Positions 9,906 through 20,392 of a DNA stretch of 64,000 bases are shown here, piece after piece. This stretch comes from a virus: IMG/VR virus record IMGVR_UViG_3300036832_000330, positions 29,648-93,647 of that record; one strand, 5' to 3'. A model generated the notes under the pieces. The model was not told the DNA's origin. It made no database searches and saw nothing but the letters and a program-made list of their open reading frames with translations. The first letter of the stretch is position 1, and each line of letters starts with the position of its first letter. The translations under genes and the position numbers were made by a program.

Positions 9906-10541
9906 ATGACGCGTCCCTTGAACAGTGATCCACTGCGGAACTTCCGCTTCCTGGTCACCATCACCTCACCCAACCATACGGCTGTGCCCACCACTATTGG
10001 TCGCATGGGATTCATGGCCGTATCCGGTCTATCTGTTAACAACGAGGTCATTCCTTACCGTGAAGGTGGGAACAACACAACGACCCGTAAAATGCCCGGG
10101 CAATCTGACTTTGGCCCTCTTACTCTTACAAGAGGGTTCATGGCTATCCCTGTTGATGGCGGCAATGGTGGCACAGATGAGATCTATAAGTGGTTCCAAA
10201 TGATCTTCTCTGTAGCGGGAGCAGCCGGCAGTGGTACTGGCGCACCGGGCATGAACTTCCGTAGCGGAGTAACCATTGACGTGCTGGAACACCCTATCAC
10301 CAAGACCGCTTATGCGGCTGGTGTTTCCGGAGGCACGCCGGCTATCAAGGCTCGCTTTGCAGTTTATAACGCTTGGCCTATGGGCTATTCATTCAGCGAC
10401 TTGGAAGCCGGTGGCAACGCAGTGTTTATAGAAAACCTTACGCTTGCACATGAAGGCTTTGGCGTATTAGCCGGTAAGCAGGATCCGGGTCTCTTTATCG
10501 GCGGATCTGAGTATCCAGCGGCAGGTAATCCAGGTGCCTGA
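9906..10541 (+). CDS. tail tube protein (T4 gp19-like)
   Basis: DPLRNFRF, GF..VSGL, YREGG, KMPG..FG.LTL.RG, NAWP, IENLTLAHEG. Confidence 0.95.
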   Translation: MTRPLNSDPLRNFRFLVTITSPNHTAVPTTIGRMGFMAVSGLSVNNEVIPYREGGNNTTTRKMPGQSDFGPLTLTRGFMAIPVDGGNGGTDEIYKWFQMIFSVAGAAGSGTGAPGMNFRSGVTIDVLEHPITKTAYAAGVSGGTPAIKARFAVYNAWPMGYSFSDLEAGGNAVFIENLTLAHEGFGVLAGKQDPGLFIGGSEYPAAGNPGA

Positions 10542-11355
10542 TCCGCTCGCTGAGTTCACCGCGACAATCATTGATCCGGCTTCTAGCCCGGAGATCGTCC
10601 ACGAACTGACCAAGCCGGCGGTGCCATTGATGCCGTCCCTGCCGGCTGACACCGTGACGCTCCCAGGCGGTCTCCTGGACAGCGACGGTGTGCTGCACGC
10701 CGAAGCACGTATCCGGGAGATCAACGGGTCCGACGAAGAGGCCATGGCCCGTGAGCTACGTAGCCCCACCGTCAACATCCCCAAGGTGGTGGATCTCATC
10801 CTCAAGAGGTGCGTGCTGTCGGTGGGTCCGTACGAGTCGACCCCCAAGCTGCTGCTGGGCATGCTGACCGGGGATCGGTCTGCTCTCATGCTGGCGATCA
10901 GGATCCTGACCTTTGGCCCGGATTGGGAGGTGCCTGACTTCCCCTGCCGGATATGCGGCAAGTCCTTCGGTGTCATCGTGGAACTCGACAAGGACATCGA
11001 GATCAAGAAGATGGACAACCCGATGGTGCAGGACATCGAGGTGCCGCTCCGCAATGGTCACCTGGCGCTCGTCCACATGCTGACCGGGGATGTTCAGCTT
11101 GAGATGGTGGGCGATGGCAACAGGACCGGCCCGGAGGAGGCCACCATCGCCATCGACCGTAGCCTCCGCTCGCTGAACGGCAGCCCGGTGATGGGCAACA
11201 TCGCTCAGAAGATGAGCATGGCTGATCGGCGCAAGATCATCCAGGCCATGACTGACGCGCAACCTGGCCCGCGTATGGAGGAGGTGATGGTCACATGCAC
11301 CGAATGCGGCCAGGAAGCCGCCTACCAGTTGAGTCTGGTGGATCTCTTTCGCTAA
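10534..11355 (+). CDS. tail assembly chaperone/baseplate hub assembly protein
   Basis: LPGG, REING.DEE, GDR.ALML.IR..TFG, two CxxC pairs; lies between tube and tape measure. Confidence 0.8.
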   Translation: MPDPLAEFTATIIDPASSPEIVHELTKPAVPLMPSLPADTVTLPGGLLDSDGVLHAEARIREINGSDEEAMARELRSPTVNIPKVVDLILKRCVLSVGPYESTPKLLLGMLTGDRSALMLAIRILTFGPDWEVPDFPCRICGKSFGVIVELDKDIEIKKMDNPMVQDIEVPLRNGHLALVHMLTGDVQLEMVGDGNRTGPEEATIAIDRSLRSLNGSPVMGNIAQKMSMADRRKIIQAMTDAQPGPRMEEVMVTCTECGQEAAYQLSLVDLFR

Positions 11356-11497
11356 CTACGTCACCCCGTTCGACCTCCTCTACCTCCAGTACCGCCGGAT
11401 CGCTGAGCGATTCTCGGGCTGGAGCCTGTCCGAGATCAAGACCATGAGCTACCCGGAACGCATGCACTGGGTCGAAGTCGTCCTGGAGACTAAGTAA
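11348..11497 (+). CDS. start-less +1-frame chaperone extension (49 aa), probable frameshift product
   Basis: FANYVTPFDLLYLQY...GWSLSEIKTMSYPERMHW; no upstream start in frame; TAA overlaps the tape measure ATG. Confidence 0.65.
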   Translation, partial: FANYVTPFDLLYLQYRRIAERFSGWSLSEIKTMSYPERMHWVEVVLETK

Positions 11498-14340
11498 TGC
11501 CCGGTGGTGGGTATGGCGTCGGGCTGTTCGACTCCTCGGGACCGGACAAGTTCGCGGAGTCGATCAAGAAGATCACGTCTGCCCTGACCGGGGTCCAGGG
11601 CGGCTTCACCAACTTTGGGAATGCCGCCAACAAGAGCCTGAGTGGCCTCGGGACACTCATCGACAACCTGACCAAGAAGCTGGGTGACTTCCAGAAGCAG
11701 GCCCAGGCAGCCAGCAGCGCCATGGGTGGTGGCGGTGGTGGAGGCGGTGGAGGAGGCACTCCTGCCGGCGGTGGAAGTGGGGGCACCGGAGCAGCCGATG
11801 GCTCGTGGACTGCGCCCAGTGCCAAAGGTAACCCCGGTGGCTACAACCAGGGTCCGCTCGACACCGGCCAGGGCACCCAGCCGGATGGCAGCGCGGCGGC
11901 GGCGCAACTGAAGGATCAGTGGGGTCGGATGCCTGAGGGCACGCCCAAGCCCAAAACGGACTCCATGGTCAGTCCTGGCAATGACCAGAGCAGCATGCTA
12001 GGCAAGGCAGCCGGCTCCATGATCCCGGCTGCCATGGGCAAGATGGCGACCTCTGTGCAGCAGGGAGCCGCCGGCAACCTGATCGCTTCGTCTATTCAGG
12101 GGGCGACCATCGGACAGATGCTGGCCCCGGCTTATGGGGTCAGCGCCAAGAGCATTTACACCTTCGGTACCGGTACGTGGGCGCAGAATCCCCAGGACGT
12201 GGCGCAGTCCGCTATGTATGCCTCCACCTACATGGGTGCCGGCCCTGGTACTAGGAACTGGTCGACTGTCAACCGTGGCGCTAACCAACTCATGGCATTG
12301 TCGCCTGGCATGACCCGGCAGCAGGCCATGGTCACCCAGAATCAGATGCAGCAGCCAGGGACGCTCAACGCTGGCCTGATGTTTGGCTTGAACTTCAAGC
12401 CTGGCGGGAAAATGATGGAGACCACTCAGCAGTACAGCATGATTTATCAGAAGTTGTTCTCCAGCTATCCAGGTGGCAAACCGACTGCTGATCAGTTCTC
12501 GGCGTACTTTGCTCCGGGTGGTCCGGGCGAGAACAACCTGGCTGCCATGGGCATCCAGCCCGGTACTGATCAATACCAGGCGTTCATGAACTACGCCACT
12601 GCCCGTCTGGGCGTAGCCAATAAGGGCGGGGACATAACCAAGATGGATCTCAGCACGAAGAAGGGAGTGAAGCAGGCCGGTCTCGACACGCCGGCTTTTG
12701 CCCAGTTGCAGGCTCAGACTGCCAAGGCTTCCACCATGTCGAAGGCTGAGCCTGGTCTCGCCGGGGCTGCCACGAACCTCAACAACGCCGCCGCTGCTCT
12801 GTTGAAGGCCGTTGGCCCGCTAGCCAGTTTGGGCGGTGGTGTCATCGGCAAGATCTTCGGCGGCAGCCATGGTCTGCTGGGTGGGCTTGGCCCTGAAGTG
12901 AGCATGATTGGCAAGCTCGGCGGTCACCTACCGGGCGTGGGTGGGATCATCAAGAGCATCTTCCAGCAGGGCGGTCAGGTGCCGGGGAATGGCCCTCAGT
13001 TGGCCGTTGTCCATGGCGGCGAGTACGTCCTGACCAAGGACGATGTCGACAAGATGCAGGGCAAGAAGGGTGGGCATGGGGCCGGCGCAGGTAGCGTCCT
13101 GGGCAGTGTCGCGGGCGCGAGTGCGGGGCCGGGGGCTAAGGGCGGCGACTCTGCCCTCAAGCTGCTCTCGGAGAAGCCCTCCGACAACCCCACCATTGCG
13201 CTGTCGATGCTGTTGTCGCCCCCTCCACCTGGATCGCCTCTGGCTGCCCTCGCCAAGGGTGGCGCTCAACATCAGCTAGGTGCCGGCAAGACTGCTGCTC
13301 CTGCCCAGACTGGTGGAAAGGGAAATGCTGGAGTGGGTGGGGCCGGCATGCCTGGTCAGTGGGTGGTGAATGGCGCTCTCACTCCTGCTGGCATGGCAGC
13401 CTTGATGGGGACGGGAGGAATGGGTGCGGCGTTGGCAGCGACGCTGCCAGGAGCCGCCACCGGGACAGCAGGAGGCCAGCCCGCGACAGGAGGCAGTGCC
13501 TGGAACTACAAGTCAGCCGGCGTGGGTGCTAGCGATCTGTCGGGGATGTTCGCCGGTTCAGGCACGAACACCCAGACCTCTGACGGCTCTGGTAGTGGAG
13601 CGGGTGGCTCGGGTGGGACTGGTTCCGGCACGCCCACAAGTCTGAACGGTAGCGGCAACGTCCAGCAGGCGTACAACTACTACATCGGTAAGGGCCTGAA
13701 GGATTACCAGGCAGCCGCCATCATTGGGAACTTCGCCCAGGAGTCTGGGGTCAACCCTAGCTCCAAGCAACCTGGCGGTGTTGGACGTGGTATCGCTCAG
13801 TGGTCGGTAGGTGGTCGATGGGATCAGCTTGTTGCCTGGGCCAAGGCATCGAACCGAGACCCCAACAGCATGGCAACCCAGTTGGACTACACCTGGGTGG
13901 AGTTGACCGGTTCCTATGGCAGCGCCCTGTCGAATCTGAAGGCAGCCGGCAACGTCAGTGATGCCACCACGGTCTTTGAAACAGGCTACGAGGCTGCTGG
14001 CAAATCGGCTATGTCGAGCCGGATCAAGTACGCCCAGAACGTCCTGGCCTCTAAGGGCCAGGGCTATGCCCGTGGCACCCAGCTTGTGGCTCGCAACCAG
14101 CTTGCCATGCTCCACCGGGGCGAGGCCGTGGTGCCGGCGGCTGACAACTATTCCACCACCCCCTACAACAAGGGTGGCGCTCAGGGTGGTAGCCCCATTG
14201 TCCAGTTGAACTTCAAGCCAGGCTCGGTGGTGTTGCAGGTTCCGGCCAACTCCACCCAGCAGGACATGGACTCGCTCGCCAAGCAGTTCATCGCTGCGGT
14301 GTCCAAGCCCCAGAACCTGGCGTCAGTGAGGAGTACGTAA
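11497..14340 (+). CDS. tape measure protein with C-terminal phage tail lysozyme domain
   Basis: Long Ala/Gly-rich protein after the chaperone; AAIIGNFAQESGVNP..GIAQW..GRW lysozyme motif; LHRGEAVVP. Confidence 0.88.
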   Translation: MPGGGYGVGLFDSSGPDKFAESIKKITSALTGVQGGFTNFGNAANKSLSGLGTLIDNLTKKLGDFQKQAQAASSAMGGGGGGGGGGGTPAGGGSGGTGAADGSWTAPSAKGNPGGYNQGPLDTGQGTQPDGSAAAAQLKDQWGRMPEGTPKPKTDSMVSPGNDQSSMLGKAAGSMIPAAMGKMATSVQQGAAGNLIASSIQGATIGQMLAPAYGVSAKSIYTFGTGTWAQNPQDVAQSAMYASTYMGAGPGTRNWSTVNRGANQLMALSPGMTRQQAMVTQNQMQQPGTLNAGLMFGLNFKPGGKMMETTQQYSMIYQKLFSSYPGGKPTADQFSAYFAPGGPGENNLAAMGIQPGTDQYQAFMNYATARLGVANKGGDITKMDLSTKKGVKQAGLDTPAFAQLQAQTAKASTMSKAEPGLAGAATNLNNAAAALLKAVGPLASLGGGVIGKIFGGSHGLLGGLGPEVSMIGKLGGHLPGVGGIIKSIFQQGGQVPGNGPQLAVVHGGEYVLTKDDVDKMQGKKGGHGAGAGSVLGSVAGASAGPGAKGGDSALKLLSEKPSDNPTIALSMLLSPPPPGSPLAALAKGGAQHQLGAGKTAAPAQTGGKGNAGVGGAGMPGQWVVNGALTPAGMAALMGTGGMGAALAATLPGAATGTAGGQPATGGSAWNYKSAGVGASDLSGMFAGSGTNTQTSDGSGSGAGGSGGTGSGTPTSLNGSGNVQQAYNYYIGKGLKDYQAAAIIGNFAQESGVNPSSKQPGGVGRGIAQWSVGGRWDQLVAWAKASNRDPNSMATQLDYTWVELTGSYGSALSNLKAAGNVSDATTVFETGYEAAGKSAMSSRIKYAQNVLASKGQGYARGTQLVARNQLAMLHRGEAVVPAADNYSTTPYNKGGAQGGSPIVQLNFKPGSVVLQVPANSTQQDMDSLAKQFIAAVSKPQNLASVRST

Positions 14341-15689
14341 TGCCTGTCCTCAATCCTCCTGACGTTCCAGGCAGTGCCTACCCCGGCGCGGCCACCAAGC
14401 CGGCGGTCACCCAAGACCAGATCGACAAGATGGTGTCCTGGGCACTCAGCCAGGTGGGCAAGGGATACTCCGAAGGCGCAGGCGTGAGGTGTGGCCCGGA
14501 CAAGTACGACTGCTCGGGGTTTGTTTACACCGCCTGTAAGCAAGCTGGCATACGGCCTCCTGGTGGAATTCAGTCCTCTTGCACCACCACCTTCACCCAG
14601 TGGCCTGACCGGAACTCCAATGGCAATACGGAGGTGCAGCCCCCGTTCGCCAAGGGGGTCTTGATCTACTTCAACACCAGCAGCGGGGCACAGCCGGGTC
14701 ACACCGCCATCTCACTGGGTGACGGGACCATGGTGAACGCCCTCGACACCCAGTACGGCATCATCACTTGTCCCCAAAGCTGGGGCGGGACGCCCATGGG
14801 CGGCATCTCCCTGGTCGGTGCTGGCAGCACGGGAGGAGCGGGATCCGACACGGGAGGAGGGTCTGGCTCTGGCTCTGGATCGGGCAATGCCCAAAGCACC
14901 ACAGGGAAGACCTGGCAAGACGAGGTGGCTGCTCAGCAGGCCATCGTCGCCAAGCTCCCGGACCCACGAGACAACCTGCCCTTCTCCAAGTACTTCCAGA
15001 CGATGCGTATGCCGCCGGCCAATAACCTCGTGCGCGGTGGGATCGCGGACCTCACCACCAGGCAGTTCAAGTGCTACTTCATGATGAACCCCCAGCAGAT
15101 CTCGATGGGGTCCAACATTGACACCAGCAACCTGACCTCGCCCCTGCAACAGGATCCTTCGGTCATGCAGTACGGCGGTTACTGGGTGACCAACCAGACC
15201 GTCAGCTTCACCATCTATTTCAACCGCATGTATGAGGTGTGGCAGGGTGGGGTCAAAGGGCCGTCCGATATCGGGTGTCGCTGGGACATCCGCGCCATTG
15301 AACGGCTCATGGGCATCTTCGACGCCCAGACCAAGGGCGGGGCATCGGTTGGCATTGGCAACTACGGAGCCGGTGGCTACCCGCCCATGACCTACCCGCT
15401 CCAGGTGGTCTTCGGTGGGTCCAACTCCTACCAGTTCCAGGGCACCATCGCCGGTATGGACTACACCTACACGCTCTTCTCCAAGGACATGATCCCCATC
15501 GAGGCGTTCTGTGACCTTCAGATCATGCGTATCTACCAGCCCAGCATGTCCACCCCTGATCTGGTCAATGGCACCTTCATGACGGCGGCGAAAGCCAGTC
15601 AGTACGCGGCCAACCCCGCGGCCAATGCGTCGAAGTTTGCCAACACCCCCTTCAATCTGCCGAAGAAAGGCACGGCGAAGAAGAAGTGA
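14340..15689 (+). CDS. NlpC/P60 peptidase fused to tail-tube-initiator-like domain
   Basis: WALSQVGKGY, YDCSGFV, PGHTAISLG; C-terminal F.MNP.QI..F.G.I...YTLF...MIP. Confidence 0.8.
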   Translation: MPVLNPPDVPGSAYPGAATKPAVTQDQIDKMVSWALSQVGKGYSEGAGVRCGPDKYDCSGFVYTACKQAGIRPPGGIQSSCTTTFTQWPDRNSNGNTEVQPPFAKGVLIYFNTSSGAQPGHTAISLGDGTMVNALDTQYGIITCPQSWGGTPMGGISLVGAGSTGGAGSDTGGGSGSGSGSGNAQSTTGKTWQDEVAAQQAIVAKLPDPRDNLPFSKYFQTMRMPPANNLVRGGIADLTTRQFKCYFMMNPQQISMGSNIDTSNLTSPLQQDPSVMQYGGYWVTNQTVSFTIYFNRMYEVWQGGVKGPSDIGCRWDIRAIERLMGIFDAQTKGGASVGIGNYGAGGYPPMTYPLQVVFGGSNSYQFQGTIAGMDYTYTLFSKDMIPIEAFCDLQIMRIYQPSMSTPDLVNGTFMTAAKASQYAANPAANASKFANTPFNLPKKGTAKKK

Positions 15690-15964
15690 CCATCGGCCTG
15701 TACTCTCGCTATCTGGGTCAGCCCGTGGTCGCGGTGCCTCTCGATACCTCTGGGCAGTACAAGTCGGCGGTGTTTGGCCCACCCACCACTGGCCCCACCC
15801 AGTTCGCCTACTACACCGTGGTGGACGGGGATCGCTTCGACACCATCTCCTATGAGGTGTACGGCCTGCCGGATTACTGGTGGAAGATCGCCAATGCCAA
15901 CCCTGAGGTGTTCTACCCGGACTACCTCGTCCCTGGCTCGATCCTGAGGATCCCAACCTCATGA
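15686..15964 (+). CDS. LysM-like/tail X baseplate protein
   Basis: YTVVDGDRFDTISYEVYG.PDYWWKIANANP...PGSILRIP. Confidence 0.85.
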   Translation: MTIGLYSRYLGQPVVAVPLDTSGQYKSAVFGPPTTGPTQFAYYTVVDGDRFDTISYEVYGLPDYWWKIANANPEVFYPDYLVPGSILRIPTS

Positions 15965-17148
15965 CCATTCAAGCCGTGGCGTATCCGACCTTCGATCCTG
16001 GTGGCATCGCGGCCAAGAAGACCGTCAGCACAGTCAAGGTGATGATGACTGAGGGCATGCATGACACTGCCATCATCACCCTGCGCTCGGAGGTGACTGA
16101 TGCCCCGGAGCTTCAACCCGGCACCCCGGTGCAAGTGCAGTATGGCTGGAACCCCCTCGACATGGACTGGTTCTACGGCTACGTCGACCACGTCGAGGCC
16201 CACTACGACAAGTCCCTCCCCGATCAGTCCACCTTTGAGGACGTGGTCTGCCTGGGGGCTAGCTATTGCCTGAAAGATCCTTTCTCGGGGGCCTGGACGC
16301 ACGTCCAGGCATCGAGCCTGGTGACTCAGATCGCCAGCCAGTACTTCCTGGCTTCGCTGATCGAGAACGACGACTACATCTGGCCGCAGTTGTCGAACCC
16401 CGGTTCGTCGGCCTGGTCGTTCCTCGTCCAGCTTGCCAACAAGAACGGCTACAGCCTGGCCGTGAACCAGACGCTGTTGCGGTTCCTCTCTATCGATGTC
16501 GGTGTGCGTTGCTACGGGCCAGCCATGCCGGTATTCAAGACCCGCAAGACCGCCGCCAGTGTGGTGCAGCAAGGAATCTCAAACTTTCAGGCTATTACCG
16601 GGGAGACTTTCACCACTCCAGGCGGCAACAAGGCCATCCGTACCATTGCCGGCCTCGATCTCACCACGGGCACGGTCGTCGGAGCGGTCAACACGGGCAC
16701 CGAGAGCATCCTGGGACAGGACGCCGTCTATCCCTTCTTCACTCAGCAGGTCTCTGACACGGTGGTCAACTCTCAGGGATCGGCCCAGAACACGTTGATA
16801 GGCATGGCTGAGTACAACCGGCTCAGCTATCGGGCCACGGCCAGTCTCACTGGCCTGACCACAGTCAAGCAGGGCACACCCATCGTGCTGAATGGAATTG
16901 ACGCCAACAACGATGGGGTGTGGTGGGTCATGGAGGTTACTCACCGGATCTCATCGGTGGGCTACTCCATGGATGTCTGTTTGGGCCGTGACTCCAAGGG
17001 TGACAATGGCATGCGCCCGGTTCAGTCAGCAGCGGCGGCTTACACCCCTCAGAACCCCATGTCCTACGCCGTCAAGAACGCTCCTCCCACCAGGCTCGTG
17101 AATAATCGCTGGCGCGCCGGGAACCAGTTCAATGTCAACATCAGTTAG
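15961..17148 (+). CDS. baseplate hub protein (gp27/VgrG N-terminal-like)
   Basis: [36 protein letters not shown]; position after LysM. Confidence 0.8.
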   Translation: MTIQAVAYPTFDPGGIAAKKTVSTVKVMMTEGMHDTAIITLRSEVTDAPELQPGTPVQVQYGWNPLDMDWFYGYVDHVEAHYDKSLPDQSTFEDVVCLGASYCLKDPFSGAWTHVQASSLVTQIASQYFLASLIENDDYIWPQLSNPGSSAWSFLVQLANKNGYSLAVNQTLLRFLSIDVGVRCYGPAMPVFKTRKTAASVVQQGISNFQAITGETFTTPGGNKAIRTIAGLDLTTGTVVGAVNTGTESILGQDAVYPFFTQQVSDTVVNSQGSAQNTLIGMAEYNRLSYRATASLTGLTTVKQGTPIVLNGIDANNDGVWWVMEVTHRISSVGYSMDVCLGRDSKGDNGMRPVQSAAAAYTPQNPMSYAVKNAPPTRLVNNRWRAGNQFNVNIS

Positions 17149-18901
17149 CCCCACCTCCACTCCGCAGCTTTACCCTGGTGTCTATCCGGCCAAGGTCTTC
17201 GCCAACAATGATCCGCAGCACAAAGCCCGGATCCAGATGTACATCCCCCAGATCTACGGGACCATGCCGGTCAAGATCTGGGCACCTCCGGTCTCCCAGG
17301 CATCCGGCTCGCCGGCAGTGGGCAGCGTGGTGTGGTGCCTGTTCCAGGGCGGTGACCCTGCCTACCCCACCTACCTGCCCCAGACGGCGGGTGGAGGTGG
17401 TGCCATTGGCCCGACAGGCCCCACCGGGCCACAGGGTCCAGTCGGTGCCCAGGGTCCACTAGGTCCGACTGGCCCAACGGGACCGCAGGGGATCGTTGGC
17501 CCCACTGGTCCCTCAGGTGGCCCACCTGGGCCTACGGGAGCGACGGGTCCGACCGGCCCCACGGGATTGGTAGGGCCTCCAGGAGCGACCGGTCCTGCGG
17601 GTGCCATCGGTAGCCCTGGCCCGACTGGATCCACAGGACCGACTGGCCCTCAGGGTCCAGCCGGTGGCCCTACCGGACCCACCGGTCCTCAAGGCCCACC
17701 TGGACTCACCTACATCACCACGCTGACCTCGCCCACGGTGGCCGGCTCCCCTTACACCGTCGTCCACAACCTGGGTGCCACCTATCCACTGGTCGAACTG
17801 TGGGATGCGGTGACTGGCTTCATGATCACCGCCGATGTCACGCGGGTGGACGCTAATACCATCCGGGTCTCTTTCCGACAGAACGCCGCCAACAACGTCA
17901 CCGTGGTGGTCACGGGAGGAGCATCAGGCAGCGGACCTACCGGCTCCACTGGCCCCACTGGTGTCGCTGGTCCGACCGGCCCCACCGGGCCTACTGGAGC
18001 GACTGGGCAAGGCATCAGCATCAAAGGCTCGGTGCCCAACTCGGGCAGTCTGCCCTCCACTGGTAATCAGCCAGGTGACGGGTGGATCACTGCTGATACC
18101 GGGCACCTGTGGGTATGGGACGGGACCAAGTGGACAGACGCCGGCCTGGTTCAGGGTCCACCCGGTGTCGCTGGCCCCACGGGACCGACTGGAGCTATTG
18201 GCCCCACGGGTCCGACCGGCAACACGGGAGCCACTGGATCTCAAGGCATCCAGGGAGTGGCCGGTCCCACCGGGCCAACAGGAGCCACCGGGACGACAGG
18301 GGTCACTGGCGCGTCTGGATCCACTGGGCCGACAGGGCCGACTGGTGCGGCCTCCACTGTCCCTGGCCCCACTGGGCCGACTGGGTCGACCGGTCCTGCC
18401 GGCACGGGCCTCGTCTACACGGCAACGCTCACCACTCCTACGGTGGCCGGTTCTCCCTACACAGTGACTCACACCCTGGGCGTTCAGTATCCCTTGGTGG
18501 AACTGTGGGACTCTGTCACTGGCTCCATGATCCAGGCCGATGTCGCCACTGTCGACACCAACAGCATCCGGGTCACGTTTCGTCAGGATGCCGCCCACAA
18601 CGTCACAGTGGTCGTCACTGGCTCGACTTCAGGGAGCGGCCCCGCCGGTCCTCCCGGCCCCACCGGTCCCACAGGAGCCACTGGCCCCGCCGGTACGGGA
18701 GCCGGTCAGACCTTGACCTGGAACCAGGCCAGCGCAGCCACGGTGTGGACGATCCCTCACAATCTTGGCTACTACCCCAACGTGACCGCAGTGGACTCGG
18801 CGGGCACTGAGATCTTCCCAGGCACGGTGAAGTACATAAGCGCCACCACAGTTGAACTCGACTTCTCGGCTGCCGTGGGCGGCTCGGCGTACCTGAGTTA
18901 G
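17132..18901 (+). CDS. baseplate spike gp5/gpV-type OB-fold fused to collagen-like repeats
   Basis: [35 protein letters not shown], then GPT repeats and [12 protein letters not shown] modules. Confidence 0.8.
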   Translation: MSTSVSPTSTPQLYPGVYPAKVFANNDPQHKARIQMYIPQIYGTMPVKIWAPPVSQASGSPAVGSVVWCLFQGGDPAYPTYLPQTAGGGGAIGPTGPTGPQGPVGAQGPLGPTGPTGPQGIVGPTGPSGGPPGPTGATGPTGPTGLVGPPGATGPAGAIGSPGPTGSTGPTGPQGPAGGPTGPTGPQGPPGLTYITTLTSPTVAGSPYTVVHNLGATYPLVELWDAVTGFMITADVTRVDANTIRVSFRQNAANNVTVVVTGGASGSGPTGSTGPTGVAGPTGPTGPTGATGQGISIKGSVPNSGSLPSTGNQPGDGWITADTGHLWVWDGTKWTDAGLVQGPPGVAGPTGPTGAIGPTGPTGNTGATGSQGIQGVAGPTGPTGATGTTGVTGASGSTGPTGPTGAASTVPGPTGPTGSTGPAGTGLVYTATLTTPTVAGSPYTVTHTLGVQYPLVELWDSVTGSMIQADVATVDTNSIRVTFRQDAAHNVTVVVTGSTSGSGPAGPPGPTGPTGATGPAGTGAGQTLTWNQASAATVWTIPHNLGYYPNVTAVDSAGTEIFPGTVKYISATTVELDFSAAVGGSAYLS

Positions 18902-18910
18902 GAGCGAACC

Positions 18911-20392
18911 ATGCCCACCTTCTACGGCGCTGTTGACCTGATCCAGAACGAGCTTCGCAACGCCACCGTCCAGAACCTGGGATCGGCCCCGGCCACACCA
19001 CATGCCGGTCAGCTTTACTACAACACCGCCAATAACACACTGTGGTGGTGGAATGGCACAGCCTGGATAGCAGCTTCAGGAGCTACACCGGGCAGCACAG
19101 TCACCACCCAGGCAGTCGGTGATGCTGCGGTCGTTGGTGCCCTCACCAGTTTTGCCCGTGAGGATCACAAGCACGGGCGAGAAGCATTCGGTGGCACGGT
19201 CACGGCAGACACCACCTTTGGTGCTGGTTCAGCAGTCGGTAGTGCTACCACGCTGCCGCACTCTGACCATAGTCATGGTTCTCCCACCCATGACGCCACG
19301 GCGCACAGTGCCCTGTTAGGTACGGTCACGGCGGAACCGACCTTTGGTAGCGCCAGCACCAACGGTGCAGCAGGCACGATCTCACGCTCGGATCATGCCC
19401 ACGGTAACCCCACCCACGGTGCGGCTGACCACACGGCCTTGTTGGGAGCGGTCACTCCCGAACCCACCTTTGGCTCAGCCAGTGCCAATGGTGCGGCCAC
19501 CACCATCTCTCGTTCAGACCATGCTCACGGCAATCCCACCCACCTGGCCGGCGATCACTCCTCGATCTCGCTGTCGGCCTTCGCTGTGCCTACGGCGGCG
19601 CTGAACCTCAACAACCAGAACATCAACAACCTGGCGGATCCCACTACCGCTCAGCAGGCTGCCACCAAGAACTACGTCGACAATGCGGTAGCGGGCCTGT
19701 CCTGGAAGGCCCCGGCTCGGGGTGCATCCACCGCCAACATCGCCGCTCTGTCGGGCACCATGACCCTGGACGGCGTGGCCCTGATCGCGGGCGACCGTGT
19801 CCTGGTCAAGAACCAGACCACACAGTCAGCCAACGGTGTCTATGTGGTGGCGGCGGGAGCGTGGGCCAGGGCCACTGACTGTGCCACCGCGGCCCAGCTT
19901 CTCAACATGGCGGTCTACATCGAGGAAGGCACCACCCAGGCCGACACGGGCTGGGTCATGACCACCAACGCTCCCATCACGGTGGGCAGCACGAACCTCG
20001 TCTACGTGCAGTTCACTGGGGCGGGCACCTATACCGCCGGCAATGGCCTGCAACTTACTGGCAACGTCTTCTCGGTCCTGAATGCTGACACGAGCATCAC
20101 GGTGGCGGGAGGTGGCATCTCGGTCAACACCGCAGTCATCGCCACTCAGGCGTACGTCAACACCGCCGTCACCGGGGTGACCAAGAAATACGCCGCCAAC
20201 CTGACCGGCACGGCCTCGCCGGAAACCGTGACCCATAACCTCAACACAAGGGATGTGCAAGTGACTGTACTGAATGGCGCATCGCCCTACGGTGCCGTCG
20301 AGGTGGATTGGCAGGCCACTACTGTCAACACCGTGACCATCAGCTACAACCCCAACCTGGGAGCGGGTTATCGAGTGGTGGTGCAAGGCTGA
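18911..20392 (+). CDS. tail fibre/head-decoration-like protein with His-rich repeats
   Basis: Repeated SRSDHAHGNPTH; AATKNYVD; DGVAL..GDRVLVKNQT..NGVY; THNLNT module. Confidence 0.8.
   Translation: MPTFYGAVDLIQNELRNATVQNLGSAPATPHAGQLYYNTANNTLWWWNGTAWIAASGATPGSTVTTQAVGDAAVVGALTSFAREDHKHGREAFGGTVTADTTFGAGSAVGSATTLPHSDHSHGSPTHDATAHSALLGTVTAEPTFGSASTNGAAGTISRSDHAHGNPTHGAADHTALLGAVTPEPTFGSASANGAATTISRSDHAHGNPTHLAGDHSSISLSAFAVPTAALNLNNQNINNLADPTTAQQAATKNYVDNAVAGLSWKAPARGASTANIAALSGTMTLDGVALIAGDRVLVKNQTTQSANGVYVVAAGAWARATDCATAAQLLNMAVYIEEGTTQADTGWVMTTNAPITVGSTNLVYVQFTGAGTYTAGNGLQLTGNVFSVLNADTSITVAGGGISVNTAVIATQAYVNTAVTGVTKKYAANLTGTASPETVTHNLNTRDVQVTVLNGASPYGAVEVDWQATTVNTVTISYNPNLGAGYRVVVQG

Noticed and set aside
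7303-18901. Bacterial extracellular contractile injection system or tailocin
   Set aside because: Gene order is similar, but neck genes, a lysis cassette and tens of kb of phage early genes with no host housekeeping genes indicate a phage.
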